From assembly GCA_903870275.1 (NCBI GenBank), contig CAIQCK010000103.1:3819-67818 (forward strand): DNA of 64,000 nucleotides, written 5' to 3'. Positions 63,301 through 64,000 of this stretch are shown in pieces. Position 1 is the stretch's first letter; the number at the start of each line of letters is the position of its first letter. This DNA comes from an uncultured bacterium (lineage in GTDB: Bacteria > Verrucomicrobiota > Verrucomicrobiia > CAIQCK01). A program made the position numbers and the translations under genes. Under the pieces are notes generated by a model. That model ran no database searches. It was given only the letters and a program-made list of their open reading frames with translations, and was not told where the DNA came from.

Positions 63301-63609
63301 CGGATCGCCTACGCGTTCGGGGGCGAGCAGTTTGAGTGCGACGAGGCGGTCGAGGTTCTTCTGTCGCGCCTTATAGACCACGCCCATGCCGCCACGGCCA
63401 AGGTATTCGAGAATTTCCAGTTGCGGGAAGTGCGGCGCCAGCTCCAGTGGGGACAGGGCCTTGCGGGACGCGACAGGTTCCGCATCCGGCTTCGTCGGCG
63501 CCATCGCCTCCGCCATCAGACAGCGGGGGCAAAGACCCGCCGTGGACGCCACCGGCAAAACTGCGCCGCACTTCGGGCACGCATTTGTCGCTGAAGAGGG
63601 TTCGCTCAT
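57370..63609 (-). CDS. Giant membrane Ser/Thr protein kinase: Zn-ribbon + STK domain + TM + beta-helix + duplicated ~190-aa modules + FGE/SUMF1-type domain + two BamE-like domains + C-terminal helical repeat domain
   Basis: Start proposed at ATG 63609 (MSEPSS...), since the upstream 114 codons overlap the sigma-factor gene.

Domain evidence from the translation:
- N-terminal Zn-ribbon: CPKCGAVLPVASTAGLCPRC.
- Kinase subdomains: GRGGMGVVYKA, HRDVKPENLLL, DFGIAK, PAYMAPE.
- One transmembrane helix: LVFAAFAAVAFALAGLLWW.
- Cys-ladder beta-helix repeats: CQF, C.F, HCAFV.
- Two homologous modules: LIDP.KDAV.G.W ... IPYEPPEEYDFRIVF.RT ... VRKNGV.A.L.
- FGE/SUMF1 signature: GGSFMMGD ... RVVLTQPFYMGKYEVT ... 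HGNVWEWCRDWY ... RGGAF.
- Two BamE-like modules: GMTRAEVEKILP, AGMTRAEAERNIP. Confidence 0.85.
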   Translation of the reverse strand: MSEPSSATNACPKCGAVLPVASTAGLCPRCLMAEAMAPTKPDAEPVASRKALSPLELAPHFPQLEILEYLGRGGMGVVYKARQKNLDRLVALKLLAPERVGDPQFAERFAHEARALAMLNHANIVTVYDFGQAGGFYYLLMEFVDGVNLRQAMKAERFTPEQALAIVPPVCEALQYAHEHGIVHRDVKPENLLLDKDGRVKIADFGIAKMLGRSTDISVCESNDARAGVPTSRSEPGGTPAYMAPEQKAHRVTDHRADIYSLGVVLYELLTGELPGKPIEPPSRKVQIDVRLDEVVLRALEKEPERRYQQISEVKTRVETITASQPTQSAGGAAGAAATPPRQRAPLVFAAFAAVAFALAGLLWWSPWRTDKQNESYLPLNIEKDYAFTDTSRPYVLNGTYAVKENIRHAIEIKVAPGVEIRGGDIYLNKDGEFAIEGTPEKPAVLRGVTIRQNLNPHGLKAKWAVFDRCQFEKRGAWFSYYSSKWVADSCLFYKSAFPSLKGTDFGIQFTHCAFVSMRFPEIAHRRLKDKPFDHMKLLRSKWNTISSCQFVDCAVPPTVMWCAEGSNFMGCTFISGESFESEVPTDTVAYVADTLGTPPHETWRVFPASHAPLNVSYAKKPYETVTFHTISEPSGSSLPELSADKKLCGWLSSKTVVSNQGSGKQTFTLEALATLPENDAAWSRAVNLMPLIDPVKDAVKGAWTFQGDSLVSGSGKHERLMIPYEPPEEYDFRIVFIRTSGNDCIAQYVTHVGRAALWQMAGDHNKVFGFEHINGQDSQHNATTVKRQDFLKNGQIYTSLLRVRKNGVKAYLNNELISIWNTDFKDGTLHPHWDIPDHNCLGVGSFLSRVVFQEIQLLEITSKGRVVPHLGIAEAGRETAETQLQKRLTSGLDDAEMAAPAFAQKPTSTMLKLPASLGSGIGAAFLEIPQPQLFLVGFKVSFGEEKNQRVVKSLQPIYRAGMKKFLGAVQGEVQEPTQTVEAKPGYAVGGLNGMGIVFLNGFEIEFMKIQGAGGGLDTHDGYKSGWLGGKNSVGDTIKLAGMGKPIVGVFGRSDTVVRSLGLVDDGSIFEPGSADAHLTSAAAWPGSVQLLPLIDPIKDAVLGRWRMRDEALVCADDVQAARLQIPYEPPEEYDFRIVFTRTEGEEPVGQLFSQDERPALWVMGHWCNSCFGFEMVKGRTANNNPLTVWTPHSLANNRVYSSVLQVRKNGVRAFLDGRLMNEWKTDFSDASRQRLWKLPNERALGLVSDRAETVFHSIDVNEVTGKGRILRHPDIAKASREPDIRKAQRTLTVNLGGGVTMAFVLIPGGSFMMGDGNEKHRVVLTQPFYMGKYEVTREQWLAVLGGNPHPTKDPRNPVENVRWDDCQPFLATLSEKVPGMKALLPTEAQWEYTCRAGSTTKYSFGDDETRLGMYAWYESNSGNRPHPVGLKEPNAWGLYDMHGNVWEWCRDWYEPHLSNVPVDPQGPVSGTGHVLRGGAFMRDPAFLTSSCRGNGGAPPNRIGNRGLRVVLMNADDAAVRVEDKDTLTDWQARAATVKVGMTRAEVEKILPRWIPPASNSYDFCGSGWGDFYSMTEQYFVSADWRVIVTYDVSKREKFGIPNNQERVLAPVKVNKVMRSPEDKKLWMAQAASIKAGMTRAEAERNIPAWNSCETFGRFRGYTFDRFKDFDNHEMYLFADQWVDKYGTNYTWSLTIAYDGTGGERSLENRVTKPVSIEEPQRSPSGDPGYDVSSIPMQFRPLKSRVALRYHLNVGEGASMKDRLALAQAFPGLQEYEQRAVLGDEMWSRVRCQQFQPVLEAMLRLPDKPEQDAGHTIADDIMQRLIELGSDAARKLLLEDIRSGYPRFAFKGLASLPEQPVPELDAAFRVAALSWRGQRSCDLFKMSFVIGRYGSPALLDEVKALYSSSNGGWACTIQAALLRYLIKHDPGYGLAKLELALLLRGQPGKNNCFGDAIYEAVHGLKGQEIKVFAIKQLAADHPKIRYSASRYLIESDETDARNEVIRMVMLLPPRTVKRNGQYFDDLREQVLNLFLFRPAYTETHLPSLAEIDQLEANLSSVEKAYYQDRIAELRANLRK

Positions 63610-63653
63610 GTCACTGTCCTGACGTGGAAACAGGGGTTGGTTACAAAGTTTTT

Positions 63654-64000
63654 TTAGCTTCCCAAGGCGGCAAACAAGACGCCCATCTCGGTCTCGACCT
63701 GACCGGGATCTCGCAGCGTGCCGGCAACCTCCGACCTCACCAACTGGCGGAACCGTTTCTTCATGCGATGCACCGCGACCTTCAGCGCGACAGGGTTCAG
63801 TCCGCAGCCAGCCGCCATCGCCGTCTGATCGCCATGTGCCGCATCGCCGGTAAGCCACGGCTTGATCTGCTCGAAGAAAGCCCCGCGCCCTTCCGATGCG
63901 CACTCCCGCTGCAACGCCTCCAAAGCGCGAGCCAGCACGGTTAGTGCCCATTGCCGGTCAAAGGCCGCGTCGGGAGTCAACGCCTTCGGGTCTGCCACCG
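63654..64000 (-). CDS. ECF (sigma-70 family) sigma factor, C-terminal part (5' end lies beyond the window)
   Basis: The C-terminal 114 aa include a region-4-type HTH (LNPVALKVAVHRMKKRFRQLVRSEV). It ends 44 nt upstream of the kinase start codon on the same strand. The N-terminus is off-window. Confidence 0.6.
   Translation of the reverse strand, partial: VADPKALTPDAAFDRQWALTVLARALEALQRECASEGRGAFFEQIKPWLTGDAAHGDQTAMAAGCGLNPVALKVAVHRMKKRFRQLVRSEVAGTLRDPGQVETEMGVLFAALGS

Overview
High-GC (about 65%) chromosomal segment from a Verrucomicrobia/Planctomycetes-like bacterium. It is gene-dense, with about 45 supportable protein genes and one tRNA-Val(CAC). There is no rRNA, no CRISPR array and no recognisable transposase or integrase.

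Gene content from start to end:
- A LemA / DUF3137 / membrane-anchored spermidine-synthase-like operon on the minus strand.
- A DUF488 gene.
- mutS, followed by two compositionally atypical secreted proteins: a low-GC lipoprotein with LRV-type repeats, and an SGNH hydrolase.
- About 900 bp of non-coding DNA carrying phased 10-bp tandem repeats.
- An envelope/glycosylation block: SAM-dependent methyltransferase, GT2, MscS channel, FIST protein and two GT-C membrane glycosyltransferases.
- A ClpX-like ATPase with no zinc-finger domain.
- A secreted TPR-like protein, then exbB-exbD-exbD.
- A nucleotidyltransferase-like gene.
- fabG-acpP-fabF.
- An inserted block between fabF and tRNA-Val (GT2, a low-GC ankyrin-repeat protein, GT4, GT9 heptosyltransferase), bracketed by a diverged duplicate of the fabF 3' end and by dispersed GC-rich palindromic repeats.
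- A four-gene minus-strand signalling operon: membrane multi-PAS/GAF histidine kinase, stand-alone receiver, REC-PAS5-kinase hybrid, REC-kinase hybrid.
- A NarL/NarX-type two-component system, divergent from a 2210-aa secreted protein of unknown function.
- A minus-strand cluster at the window end: two secreted WD40 beta-propeller proteins, a secreted PBS-lyase HEAT-repeat protein, a roughly 2080-aa Ser/Thr kinase fused to beta-helix, duplicated lectin-like modules, an FGE/SUMF1-type domain and BamE-like domains, and the C-terminal part of an ECF sigma factor.

The best candidates for an undescribed system are (i) the ECF-sigma / giant-kinase / HEAT / WD40 / WD40 cluster and (ii) the 2210-aa secreted protein next to its divergent two-component system. 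Two dispersed palindromic repeat families marking apparent recombination junctions are a further observation. Everything here comes from reading the sequence and the ORF translations; no database searches were run.
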